A stretch of 63,853 nt of DNA, the filler included, from Octopus bimaculoides (Eukaryota): the NCBI RefSeq assembly GCF_001194135.2. It is 7 parts of 5 records of this genome, joined end to end, with 100 filler letters (N's around TTAATTAATTAA, not from the genome) between each part and the next. Parts side by side here need not be neighbours in the genome. Positions count along the whole stretch, not along the records: positions 19,366 to 33,599 come from NC_068982.1; positions 33,700 to 45,405 come from NC_068997.1; 5 more parts are not named here. The stretch is one strand, 5' to 3'. Of the stretch, positions 26,640 to 38,740 are shown one piece after another; position 1 is the stretch's first letter; every line of letters starts with the position of its first letter. The position numbers were made by a program, and so were the translations under genes. Below the pieces are notes generated by a model, which saw only the letters and a list, made by a program, of their open reading frames with translations, had not been told where the DNA came from and ran no database searches.

Positions 26640-27700
26640 TCCTCGCTTTATGTATGGGGTTCCTGAAAATCTGGTCGTAACTCGATAATCTGTAATTCGA
26701 AATTAACTTTCCTATTGAGTTTCATATTATCAAGTGAGAATGCTTTCCTGCGGACGTTTTTCGAAATTGAAAGGAAAATCGAAACACAACAAAACAACAG
26801 AGAGCAAGCAATACCATCATCTTAATACATAAAAATAACTATTCCTAAACATAGACAGTATGATATAGCTATGTAAAAACACAATCATTTCAAGAGGAAT
26901 AAGTTATTCAATTAATAAGAATCATAATATCGTGAGCGTACATTCTTACTACGAAAGATGTTGACGACTGTGTGAAAAGTGGTGGTAGAATAAGCGTTAC
27001 TTGGAGCATGATGGACAATATTCACTATCTTAGAGTTCATTATCACGAATACTACATTTTCTAGTTTATAGTTATTATCACGAGGGCTGAAGAACTTATT
27101 CAAAGTTACTTGTAGTCTATGAAGCATCATAGGAAAATCTTCTCATTTTTATGGTGCATTCATGATTAAGATCATTTTCAGCAAAAATCTGCAGACTTTC
27201 CTCTGTAGTTGCCAATCTTTTGGTAACAGTTTTTGCAGTCAATTTAACTTTTGATGGAGGAACTTCCGTTGTCTCATCTGTATTCTCAGCTTGTGCTTTT
27301 TATAATAGCATCCGGTCCTCTTTAGATAGATTTTCTCTGGGACACTCGTAACTCACATCATTCCGTATGACTTCTTCAAATTCTAGATGTTCAACAAGTG
27401 TCCCAATAGCTTTCTGAATTTGATATAGAATTTCTGCCGGAGGAAAACTTGTAACGTCACGAATACTCTGGCTATATATTTTACCAAGGACTATTCAAAG
27501 TTGAGGTTTGACTTCGTACCATGACTCAGCTATATTATACACAGCTTGCACTATTTCGAGTTTCTGCCAGAAATTTCCAGCTGTAGGTTTATCCTCCCTG
27601 TCAATTTCATTCATAAGTTGTTTAGAAGCCCCAGGGTTTAATGAAATGTTTTTGTAACCACATTCGGTGAAAATGACTTATTGATGCGTTTTGTTTCTCT
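26640..27700 (-). mobile_element. pogo/Tigger-like DNA transposon remnant (C-terminal transposase and terminus)
   Basis: Minus-strand remnants GNFWQKLEIVQAVYNIAESWYEV and EHLEFEEVIRNDV resemble Tigger C-termini; TIR-like end near 26640-26710. Confidence 0.6.
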
Positions 27701-27834
27701 TTTTATCCCTGATGAGAAGACTGCATTGTTTTACATCATTTTATTCCTTCTGGAATAATACCACCATTTTGTTCGAAACATATGGCGGAAGTATAAATAT
27801 TTGAATAACACCTGCGTTTAACTCCATTCATATG

Positions 27835-27890
<56 letters not shown>

Positions 27891-28261
27891 CTCGTATTAT
27901 GTTCATTATATATATATATACATATGTGTATGTTTTTGCCTGCAAATGTGTAACGTGATGATTGTTATTGGTTTTCAAACCGGTAACTAAAATGCAAGTG
28001 GCCATTGGGCTAAGAAGAAAGTGCAGCAAATCAACTGTATTGCGTTGCATAAAAGGACCAACCGGCCTAAATAATAAGGGCGGTCGGTTTACTGAGACAG
28101 TGTACTTTATATACAGCATAAAATACCTATTACTTTTTCTCGCATCATTTCCCTCTCTCACTGTGTGTATATACAAATACACACAAAACATACACGGCCG
28201 CGCACATTCACACCAACACATGCACATACATATAGACTCATATACATACAAATACAGCGGT

Positions 28262-28340
<79 letters not shown>

Positions 28341-28468
28341 CAGTGTGAGATAATGAGACTGACTAAGTTATTTTGGTGTCTTCAAATCTATGCTCTGTAT
28401 AAATGTGTTTATAAATTTGGAGTCTAGTCATTACATTTCACTGATAAGTTTTCTCTATGAAAAGTGCC

Positions 28469-28770
28469 ATAGGATTCCGAGACCTCACTGCTGAGTGTTA
28501 CTCTTGCCTTCATACCATCATGAAACTTCGGACGATCGAGAGAAACGTTAGTGGACATCTAAACTTCTGAAAGCAGGCACCACAGCATAGGACAATTGAC
28601 AGTTTGTAACGCCTCATCTAACAAAGGCGTTAGAAACTATCAATTGCCCTATGCTGCGGTGCCTGCCTTCAGAAGTTTAGATGTCCACTAACGTTTCTCT
28701 CGATCGTCCGAAGTTTCATGATGGTTTGAAGGCAAGAGTGACACTCAGTAGTGAAGTCTCGGAATCCTAT
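28469..28770. repeat. 146-bp inverted repeat with 10-nt loop (fold-back of the RTE 5' end)
   Basis: 28469-28614 is the reverse complement of 28625-28770 with about ten mostly transition mismatches; loop catctaacaa. Confidence 0.95.
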
Positions 28771-29870
28771 TAGGTCTAGGTTGGTGTTAAACAAGGATGC
28801 GTTCTTGCCCCTGTACTGTTTAACATTTACCTGGCGGCTGTAACCCTTCTCTCCAGGAGATTGTACACTTAAGACGGAATTCGTATCAGCTATCGCTATG
28901 ACGGAAACAACTTTAACAATCACCGCCCGAAAGCCACATCAACCACTGTGTTCAAGATTTAGTATACTGACGATGCGGCTGCACCATCTCATAGCTCTGC
29001 CTCTCTTCAATACAGGACGAACTGAATGCACAGTGCCTATCCTCGGCTCGGTCTTCAAGAGAATCATCGAAAAATTGAAATTCTCCAATTAGCCTTCCTG
29101 AACTCACCACTTCCTCAGCCCGTTATTATTGAAGTTTCTCCTCTATCGAAGGTGGACTAATTCTGCTCTCTTGGCGAGGAGTTACTCTGTCGGATGAACT
29201 TAACCTCAACGAACAAGTCTTTGAGAGCAAGAACCTTAGAGCCAACATAAAATTCTCCGTTTATGGAGCTGTCTTTGTATCCACCCTCCTGTATGGGTCA
29301 AATTGCTCAACTGCTTATCGGCGCCAGAAGAGACAACCAGAAGCGTTCCTTGTCAGACCACTCTAAATTATACTCGGACTTACGTGGAAGGACAAGGTGC
29401 CTCGTTGTGAAATTCTCCCGAGAGCTTGGATCCACATCATTGAGGACTGCATCCTTTCTCATATCCTTAACAGAGTTTGTCGCGTGTTTCGGATGCCGGG
29501 TAACTCGCTTCTAAAGATGGTTTTCTTTAGCGTTATCGAGATTGTAAGTAGGCCTCATGGACGTCCAAAACTTCGTTTTCAAGATCATCTCAAGAGGTCT
29601 CACATTTTATGCGATTTCCCCCACAGTCGATTGGAGACCATGGCTGTTAGTCGGAAGGTATGGAGGTCTGCGTGTCACACTGCGGTAGAGCACCTTGGAA
29701 CCGAACGAAGGAGATTATATAAACAGAGGAGAAGATATCGTCATCAACGATCTGCATCTGTGCAACAGGTTCTGCCTGCCTGGTGTTGGTCTCGTCAGCC
29801 ACGTCTGTTCCCATAGAATGCGCTGAAGGTGAAGGAGGAGGATGAATGTCCTGGATCGACGCTGTCATCC
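28612..29870 (+). mobile_element. 5'-truncated RTE-clade LINE, decayed
   Basis: LTKALETIN, LQKFRCP, GVKQGCVLAPVLFNIY, YTDDAA, HGRPKLRFQDHLKR, VSRKVWRS. Confidence 0.9.
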
Positions 29871-30721
29871 CCTTTGAAGAGCTGTTATAAGCAAATAAGT
29901 GAACTAATATCTAATAAAAGTGTTGTGTCTTATACTGCACTTTTTCAAGGTAGCGTTTATATTATGAAAATATCCTGGTATGAAGCTTTACTAAGCTATC
30001 TTTTATTTAACCTGATTTTTCATGTTGTTTTTTTTTTTCTTATGCTGGAAAATTTGTTTAGAAAAATCAGTACTTGAATTTACAACTAAGTGATTATATG
30101 ACCGAGTAGTTTCTCTTTTCTCTGATTCTATGACTGCAGGTATGACAATCATGAGATTAGCATTTTACATTTGAGTGACTTTTATGTAAAGTTTGTGATG
30201 TGGTAATATTCAATTAAGCAACTTTTGACGTTTCAAATAAATACCAACGTTTTTTTTGCATCATGCATTATTGCTACAGTATTGTTAATATCATGTGAAG
30301 AACATGGAGTAATAAACGCCCTTTAATATTTTCATAAATAATTCGAATCAAAATTTAATTAAATTATTATTCAGATTGTTCATAACATCACAATTACTTT
30401 GGATAAATCCTTAAATAAAGCAAAACAATGGGGGAAATTAATATACAATGTAAAATGAATGCTTTCTATGATTAATAAGATATTGTGTAACTACTACTCT
30501 GCTGCAGAGCGTCTGCCGAATGCACTTTATCCATTTATGCCAATGTAGTTATGATGTAGTAAATGTCGCACACAATATGATGCGAAATCCCTGCAAGCCA
30601 CAACACATCAAAATGTTTGGGAATTAGAAAAGATAGCCAGATTCACATATGTAAAGAAACAAAAATTGTTGCGTAAAAACTAATCTAATGAAATTCGGAC
30701 TTCATTTACTTCTTTTGCTAG

Positions 30722-30933
30722 ATGTATATGGAGAATATAGCATTTGGTGGACTTCATTCCAACACAAACAATTCTTCAATGCTGATCATTTGGAACTGTT
30801 CTGTATTCACTGTAAAAGAGAATTCGTATATGGAATTCCTTGCCCAGTAAAGACACTGGGCTCTACTCACATCTGCAAGAAACATAACAGAGCAGATGGC
30901 AAAATAAATGAGAATTCAGCAGTAGGACTTTAG
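30722..30933 (+). other. Candidate BED-type zinc-finger coding segment (exon or transposase relic)
   Basis: Strong acceptor tttacttcttttgctag, then an open frame (D)VYGEYSIWWTSFQH...FCIHCKREFVYG...GSTHICKKH with W..F, CxxC and H..H spacing like BED fingers. Confidence 0.4.
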
Positions 30934-32270
30934 AATCACTGTCAAAAGTTTTGAAAAAGTTGTTTCTTATTTATTAATTTCTGGAAAACCTTCATCATCA
31001 GTCTATCTGCAAAGTTTATATCTTTTGTTGGCATCATCATATTTAAGATTATTCGGGCATTTTATTTTCGTGCTATTTATAAATGAGATCATTTGTTTAT
31101 ATTTGGTTTTGTTACATTTCTATAACATTTTATCGTTTTCTGCGTTCAATATCTGGTGCTAATCCTGCTACGGTCGTCTCTCGTGTGTTTTATACTAAAT
31201 CTACTTATCGTCTAAAGCCGTGTTTGTGAACTTTACTTAGTAGAAATTTGGTTAGTAGAATCGGAGTGCTACAGTGTCTTGGAAGAGTTGCTATTGTGTG
31301 TTGTTAGGCATTGTGAGTCACCCGATTATACCCTACAACCGGTCCAGAATATAAAAAAGCTTCATAAATTTTTGCTAGAAGAAAAGATTACCGGGCTGCT
31401 TTCAAAAATCTCTATCTAGACAACTCTATGTTTTACTTAAATTCATTGTTTGTGCAAAATACTAATCGCAATGAGTAAAGTTAGTCATTTGTTATTACAC
31501 AATATTCAAGCTGTCCTCAAACAGTTTTATCAAAAGATCGACAAACTAAATAACTGAATATATGAATTGCTCCAGCTTTGTAAAGGAGGAAGTATCAGGG
31601 AGCTATCTTCGCCTCAGTAAATGTGCTCATAGATACTGAGAACAATCTTATAAAGGTCAAATTTAACTTTTGACGCTTCAAGTAAATACCAACGTTCTTT
31701 TTACATTAGTACTTATGTACTAGTGACAACTCTTTTTGACTTATACCAAAGGGATACATAATGATCATCCGCATTCTGTAGTGATCGAATATTTCATTAA
31801 AAAAAAAACCCCAGTATATTTTGTTTCAGCTATTGGGACTGGTGTAATCGTATTCATCTTTACCACTTTCCAGGAAAGAATGTTTTACAAATTGCTCAAC
31901 ATGGAAAATATTAAAGTAAACAAAAGCTACGCAAAATTTCGAAATAAATTTCAAGTAAGTGTAGGGATTGTGACAAATTTAAAACTTCGGCACAGGAAAG
32001 ATCCATCATATTTCTTTAAAATACACCAAGAAATACAGAAAAGAACGTCTTTATTTTAATCCTTCCTAATCATATTATAACGACGCAGACAACATCTATG
32101 AGAGAAGTCTATATGATCAACTGAAAACTGACCGATAATACAGTCATGAAGTCAGTGTTCATGTACTCTGCGTTAGAAAGTTTACGTTGTCTCGACTAGA
32201 ATGATTTCAATTGAAGCTTCCGGCGATTTATACCATAACTTCCTAACCGAATGCATTACACAGAGAGAGG

Positions 32271-32360
<90 letters not shown>

Positions 32361-33699
32361 GAGAGAGAGAGAGTGTCGGTGTTGGATAACTAGGCTTTGT
32401 GTATAGGCGAATATGTGGTGCTGTTTTATTTTGTTTCAACAGCCTATATGTGAACATATGGAACGTAGCATTTATTGTGTAAAAGTCATTACTTTATATT
32501 CCAGAAAATAAAAATAGAGTTTAAAAAACTTCTCCGTCTCTGACAGAGAAGCCACATTCATATTATACGTAATAAGAGAATGACGTATTTAGACATATCA
32601 CCAAGAAACATATCGGCTCTTATGGAGGAGACACGATATGTAATATCTGTCTGAGAACATGGAGCTATTTAGTTAAGGTTTTCTAACAGCATTTTTATTG
32701 CTAGTTGTTACCAGCTAACATGATACAACTAGGGTAAAAACATCGTGTTAATAATATACAATTGAAGCTGAAAAATATTGACTGCATTTCCAAACTGACT
32801 GCAAATAGATAAATAGAATTTATAACTAAAGCACAATTTTTCGAAATGAAATATTTTGTATATATGCATATAGTACATTATGCGATCAGCATGTGCTAAT
32901 GTTTCAAAGAATGAAAACTTCTTTATGAATCTAAATTTAGCTGTTGTATATTCAAAAATATTTCTCAGTTAACCCTTTCATAGTAAAAATACAAAAAAAA
33001 AAAGTTTTAATTTTCTTGTTATTCTTTCTGCGCTTTTTTTTATTTCAAATTTAAAGGAACTGAAATCTTTTTCGATGAAAGAATACTTTCCTGTGATCAG
33101 TTTGTGAAGTAAAACATAACATAAAACATTGCAATTGATCAAATCTTCAAATAGTTCAGACAGCTTTAGGCGTCCATATTCTTAAACTATTTTATTGTTA
33201 CTGTTGCACATCCAATGGAATGGTCAATTTGAACTCATCCAACAAACCAGCTTCATTAAGGGCATTGAATGCAAGTTTTCAGATATCCGTTTCTCTGATG
33301 ATTTTATAGAAATATTGTTGATTTCGTGTAAGGGGAAAAAAAAATTGAAACAGCTCAAAGTCTTTACAAACGATCGCATACTAATTACGGTGCTGATTTT
33401 GTTGTTGATGTTTATTGAAAATCTTAAAGAGATATCTAACGAAAGCTAATGTGAACTCTTTTTCATTCAGAATGATAGTACGCTACACACACACTACACA
33501 TACACACACATACACACACAAACACCCACAGGTATATCTTTGCATATATTAACATGCCTATATATATATACCTATATATATATATATATATATATATATN
33601 NNNNNNNNNNNNNNNNNNNNNNNNNNNNNNNNNNNNNNNNNNNTTAATTAATTAANNNNNNNNNNNNNNNNNNNNNNNNNNNNNNNNNNNNNNNNNNNN

Positions 33700-33771
33700 C
33701 AGAGCGTAGAGGCAGACGAAATAACGCTAAGCATTTTGTCCGGCGTGCTAACGATTCTGCCACTCACCGCT

Positions 33772-33775
<4 letters not shown>
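33700..33775 (-). mobile_element. SINE C head adjacent to (AAT)n
   Basis: cagacgaaataacgctaagcattttgtccggcgtgctaacgattctgcc matches the head region of 34294-34503. Confidence 0.75.
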
Positions 33776-33858
<83 letters not shown>

Positions 33859-33901
33859 TACGAAAGTATTGTAGTTCGCTTGAGGCATTGTGTATTGTTT
33901 G

Positions 33902-34260
33902 TAAAGAATAAAAAGTTTTGAATGGTAAAACAATGCACTACAATACAAACAATGGGCTTTATAACTGTTGTAATTTAACCGTCCATAGTCTGATAATATT
34001 TCGGAATAAAATTCCTTCTTCAGATATTCTTAGATAAAGTCACTGCTATATTCGGTTTTCCAACGGATGATAATAATGGTTTTAAATTATCCAAAAGCCG
34101 TTGGAAAACTGATTATAGCAGTGACTTTATCTAAGAATATCTGAAGAAGGAATTTTATTCCGAAATATTATCAGATTATGAATGACTAAATTACAACAGG
34201 TATATAGCCCATTGTTTGTATTATAGTACACATTTGTATCATTCAAAACAACTTATTCTT

Positions 34261-34262
<2 letters not shown>
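33902..34262. repeat. ~165-bp-arm palindrome; each arm carries a hammerhead-like core
   Basis: Arms 33902-34066 and 34098-34262, spacer ~31 nt. Plus arm: CUGAAGA-A-GGAAU-uuu-AUUCC-GAAA-UA-UU at 34141-34169; mirror copy on minus at 33995-34023. Confidence 0.9.
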
Positions 34263-34293
<31 letters not shown>

Positions 34294-34296
<3 letters not shown>

Positions 34297-34503
34297 CTCT
34301 GCTCTAGGCACAAGGCCTGAAACTTTGGAGGAGGAGGCAAGTCGATTAGATCGACCCTAGTACACAACTGGTACTTAATTTATCGACCCTGAAAGGATGA
34401 AAGGCAAAGTCGACCTCGGCGGAATTTGAACTCAGAACGTAAAGACAGACGAAATACCGCTAAGCATTTCGCCCAGCGTGCTAACGATTCGGCCGGCTCG
34501 AAC
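34294..34503 (-). mobile_element. SINE C, full length, with (ATT)n tail
   Basis: Minus strand: head with gagttcaaattcc B box, core gtcgactttgcctttcatcctttcagggtcgataaattaagtacc, tail aggccttgtgcctagag then (ATT)n. Confidence 0.88.
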
Positions 34504-34538
34504 GCATTTAATAATAATAATACTAATAATAATACTAC

Positions 34539-34589
<51 letters not shown>

Positions 34590-34594
34590 TGATG

Positions 34595-34627
<33 letters not shown>

Positions 34628-35002
34628 GTGAACGTTACTGTTTCGATCGTAGTGGAGAAAGAAACGGAGGAAAGTTATGAATAATGATTATACACAAAGT
34701 GCAGCAGCATTCAGATGAAATGAAAGAATTTTAATAGGAAATATCAAAATTAAACGAGAGATATAAATATTTAGAAATATAATTTAACGGAATAGGGGAC
34801 ATGAAAAAATATATTCAAATATCTATGGATGGATAGTTTAAAATGATAAAAAGATATGAATAATTAAAAACTATATATATATATATATATATATAAACAT
34901 ACACAAACACACATACATTTACACACATATAAACATACAGACATACATATATATGTATATGAATTCTTAAATAGATTGATAGATTGGAAGATAGATAAGA
35001 AA

Positions 35003-35051
<49 letters not shown>

Positions 35052-35764
35052 CACGTGTATATATATGTATATATATAAGTATCGTTCAGAGATTTAACAT
35101 TGCTTATATATGAATACATATATATTTATATAGATATGAATATGTTTTTATATATATATATATATATATNNNNNNNNNNNNNNNNNNNNNNNNNNNNNNN
35201 NNNNNNNNNNNNNNNNNNNNNNNNNNNNNNNNNNNNNNNNNNNNNNNNNNNNNNNNNNNNNNNNNNNNNNNNNNNNNNNNNNNNNNNNNNNNNNNNNNNN
35301 NNNNNNNNNNNNNNNNNNNNNNNNNNNNNNNNNNNNNNNNNNNNNNNNNNNNNNNNNNNNNNNNNNNNNNNNNNNNNNNNNNNNNNNNNNNNNNNNNNNN
35401 NNNNNNNNNNNNNNNNNNNNNNNNNNNNNNNNNNNNNNNNNNNNNNNNNNNNNNNNNNNNNNNNNNNNNNNNNNNNNNNNNNNNNNNNNNNNNNNNNNNN
35501 NNNNNNNNNNNNNNNNNNNNNNNNNNNNNNNNNNNNNNNNNNNNNNNNNNNNNNNNNNNNNNNNNNNNNNNNNNNNNNNNNNNNNNNNNNNNNNNNNNNN
35601 NNNNNNNNNNNNNNNNNNNNNNNNNNNNNNNNNNNNNNNNNNNNNNNNNNNNNNNNNNNNNNNNNNNNNNNNNNNNNNNNNNNNNNNNNNNNNNNNNNNN
35701 NNNNNNNNNNNNNNNNNNNNNNNNNNNNNNNATATATATATATATATATATATTTATTTATTTA

Positions 35765-35830
35765 TTTATTTATTCATTTATTTACGGGTTTCAGCCAAGT
35801 GGCTGTGGTCATGCTGGAGCACCACCGTGA
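35765..35830 (-). mobile_element. CR1-like/SINE A-type 3' tail fragment
   Basis: Minus strand ggtggtgctccagcatgaccacagccacttggctgaaac followed by (TAAA)n. Confidence 0.65.
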
Positions 35831-36374
35831 CTTTCCGTCTACACACACGAGTATATAATTACAATAAACATTTAAAAGGACAATACAAGTAGAAACAAAC
35901 TTTATATATGTGTGTGCGAATATGTGTCTACATGGATGTGTATGTGAATGTAGGATCCACAGATCCCTGTGTAGGAAGTCAGTAAGCTTCAGACAGTCCG
36001 TGGATGGTATAAAAGCAGGTTTCATGAACAACAGTGGTTTATTGATATAGAGGGTTGTAAATTTATCCCATATGAAAGTTCGATAAGCTGAACGTTATTC
36101 TATAGTTCATGGGTTAGCAACAAAGGTTGCTATGTACGCGAATAAAAACCCAAATTTGGGGAATGAAATAGGCAAAGTCCAAGCTGCATATGTTTCCTAG
36201 CTAGCAGAACCTCGGAAATAGTAATTACTCAATGAGAGGTACTCCCCTAGCTACTCATTAGGCTGAAGATGCCTTAGTCAAATGAAGATTACACTGTTGT
36301 CACAGGAGATTTGATCGAAAATGCGTGGAAAGCTTTCATTTGAATAAGGTATCTTTGGCCTGGTGAGTAGCTAA

Positions 36375-36770
36375 CGGATTATATAGGGATGATGTTCTAT
36401 TTGCTATAACTTGCTCTCCCTTACAAGCGCTTGATAGGATTAGAAAACGATTGATTAAATTTTTTCAGAAATTTAACTAAGATATAATAGTTGAAAGTAA
36501 CTTTAAAGTAATCAGTTTTCTGGATGTAACTCTAAACCTAAATAACGGCTTATATTGTCCTTTTCATAAGCATAACAATGCTATTTAGTACATTCATGCG
36601 ATGTCTAATCATCCCCTAAGTGTTATTAACGGGGTTATTAAAAGAGTGTCGATAAGAATATCAAATTTAACGGCAAACGAAAATATCCTTAACAATAATG
36701 CCACCCTTTATAACATCGCGTTGAGAAATCGTGACATCAGTAAGAAGATCTATTATATAAGGAATACATT
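36375..36770 (+). mobile_element. Penelope-like element RT/thumb fragment (Neptune-like)
   Basis: GLYRDDVL, FLDVTLNLNNGLYCPFHKHNN, YIHAMSNHPLSVI, RISNL..Y..AL. GLYRDDG/FLD/SNHP is the PLE RT signature. Confidence 0.75.
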
Positions 36771-36789
36771 GTTTTAAAATATTGGGCAG

Positions 36790-37130
36790 CCTTTTCCCTA
36801 ATTTAGCTGAACTAAACATTGACACGCCTTCCGTGAATGATCCTCCCGAATATTTCTTTTTCCTTTTTCCGTTGTGAAAGTCCAGTTTTTCACTACTTTA
36901 ACTTTTGCACTGAAAATTCCCTCCGCATTTAGCATAACAACGAAACAAGTTTTGTAAATAATAATATGCCCACTGCTGTGAAACAGTGTGTGTTGTAAAT
37001 TTTGATCTGAGTTTTTTTTTTCTTTTTCGCGGAAGAGCCAGTATTTGTTTTCGTTCACTATCATTTTATTTCGCTGTTTGCATTTGCCAGGTGCAATTTG
37101 TTACCGAGGTGGCATTTCGAGATTATTTCC
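36790..37130 (-). mobile_element. Possible PLE GIY-YIG region in inverted orientation
   Basis: Loose resemblance only (KCHLGNK, KEIFGRIIHGRR); adjacent to the PLE RT fragment. Confidence 0.25.
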
Positions 37131-37322
37131 GTTTTTTTTTTTACTTTAAATATAATTAAAAAAATTTTTTTATTTTTTATTTCTCTTCAATGCATAATTG
37201 GAATTCCTCATAAATGGCATTGCCTGCTTGATTTATGCAGGGTGCATTGACCAATCGATACTGAAATGATCAACACATCAATCTTTCTGTTGCCATACAT
37301 ATCTGGATAAGTCTGTATTGTT

Positions 37323-37374
<52 letters not shown>

Positions 37375-38246
37375 TCCCTCTCTTTCATTCCTGAAGGTGA
37401 ACTTATTGGAAAAATTGCTTTTTTAAAAACCGCCTACTCAGATACCGACATATTTTTTTTCCTTTTCACCTTAATAAAACTTACCCGCTGTGATAAAGCA
37501 TGATTCTCAAGAAAAGACAAGGTATATTCATCGCTTATTGAGCTAAGAAATTGTCCCAAATTTACATTTCTACGGTAGGTTTACTGAGCTTCTTTGACAG
37601 CAAGTAATTGATATTTTCACAAAGATCATCCATCTCTACAAGAAATCTTCAGAATGTACACTGCAATTTGATCAACCATATATTGGTCTAACAGTATAAC
37701 ATTCTGACAGTAATAAATTTCTGAAACATTATTGGCGTTTGTTGCTCATGCTGGGCTTTTAAGAGAAACCTTCCCCAAATGCCATTTATATTGAAGATTA
37801 CTCTGTTATCTTATAACAGTTCATGCCAGAAGAAAAATCAGTATTAACCTTGAACTGTTTACGTGCGACGCTGGCTGAGCTTGAACAAAATATGTAGTAG
37901 GAATGTAAAAGCTGTGTCGTGAATTGAATAAACATTTAGTTGAGCTCAAATATGTGTCGAATACATTCGAACCTGTAAAACAAAGGCGTTTTCACTGCAA
38001 TTTGCCGGGAAGGAAAATTCTCTTATTAGGAAATTCTCTTATTAGGAAATTCTCGAGAGATGGCTACTGTAGCCATCTCACGGCGGCACCCTCTGGAGGA
38101 ACGACAAAGGCATTTCAACCATAGATGGGATCCTCTGCGGAGCTGGAGTTACCCCTTGAGTACCATTACACACACACACACACATATTGATGTACGTATG
38201 TATGTATGTATGTATGTATGTATGTATGTATGTATGTATGTATGTA

Positions 38247-38415
38247 TAGGGAGAATTCACACAAAAAAAAGACGAATACAGATGTATTAGTTTAATGCTC
38301 GGGAAGTGAAAAAGTCTTTAACGTTTCGAGCCTACGCTCTTCCACAGAACGGAACACAGAAAGAAACAGGGAGAGAAAATAAAGAATGTGTAGTGGCTAG
38401 CGATCTATCATGGCG
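38247..38415 (-). mobile_element. Short repeat with hammerhead-like motif; other copies at 56676-57030 and a fragment at ~53295-53345
   Basis: Motif at 38316-38351 (minus): cuguGGA-A-GAGC-guag-GCUC-GAAA-CG-UU-aaag. Confidence 0.7.
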
Positions 38416-38701
38416 TATCTATGTATGTATGTATATATATNNNNNNNNNNNNNNNNNNNNNNNNNNNNNNNNNNNNNNNNNNNNNNNNNNNNNNNNNNNN
38501 NNNNNNNNNNNNNNNNNNNNNNNNNNNNNNNNNNNNNNNNNNNNNNNNNNNNNNNNNNNNNNNNNNNNNNNNNNNNNNNNNNNNGTGCGCGTGTTTGTGT
38601 GTATAAGCGAGCGTTCCAAAATAGAGAAATAAAGCTCCACCCAAGCTTACGATATCACACTGGCCGATGCATGCACATGCACAAATATCCATACTTGCAC
38701 G

Positions 38702-38740
<39 letters not shown>

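Noticed and set aside
30975-31000. Minus-strand CUGAUGA...GAAA (similar at 33296 and 36265)
   Set aside because: Stems I and II do not form; expected by chance in AT-rich DNA.
33775-34626. CRISPR-like or coding interpretation of the regular repeats
   Set aside because: These are simple (AAT)n tracts and SINE tails in eukaryotic DNA; no repeat-spacer array.
37500-37521. 22-nt ATG-to-donor segment (MILKKRQ) as MRPL33 exon 1
   Set aside because: No similarity to L33 N-termini, far from the CpG-rich patch, no matching microexon.
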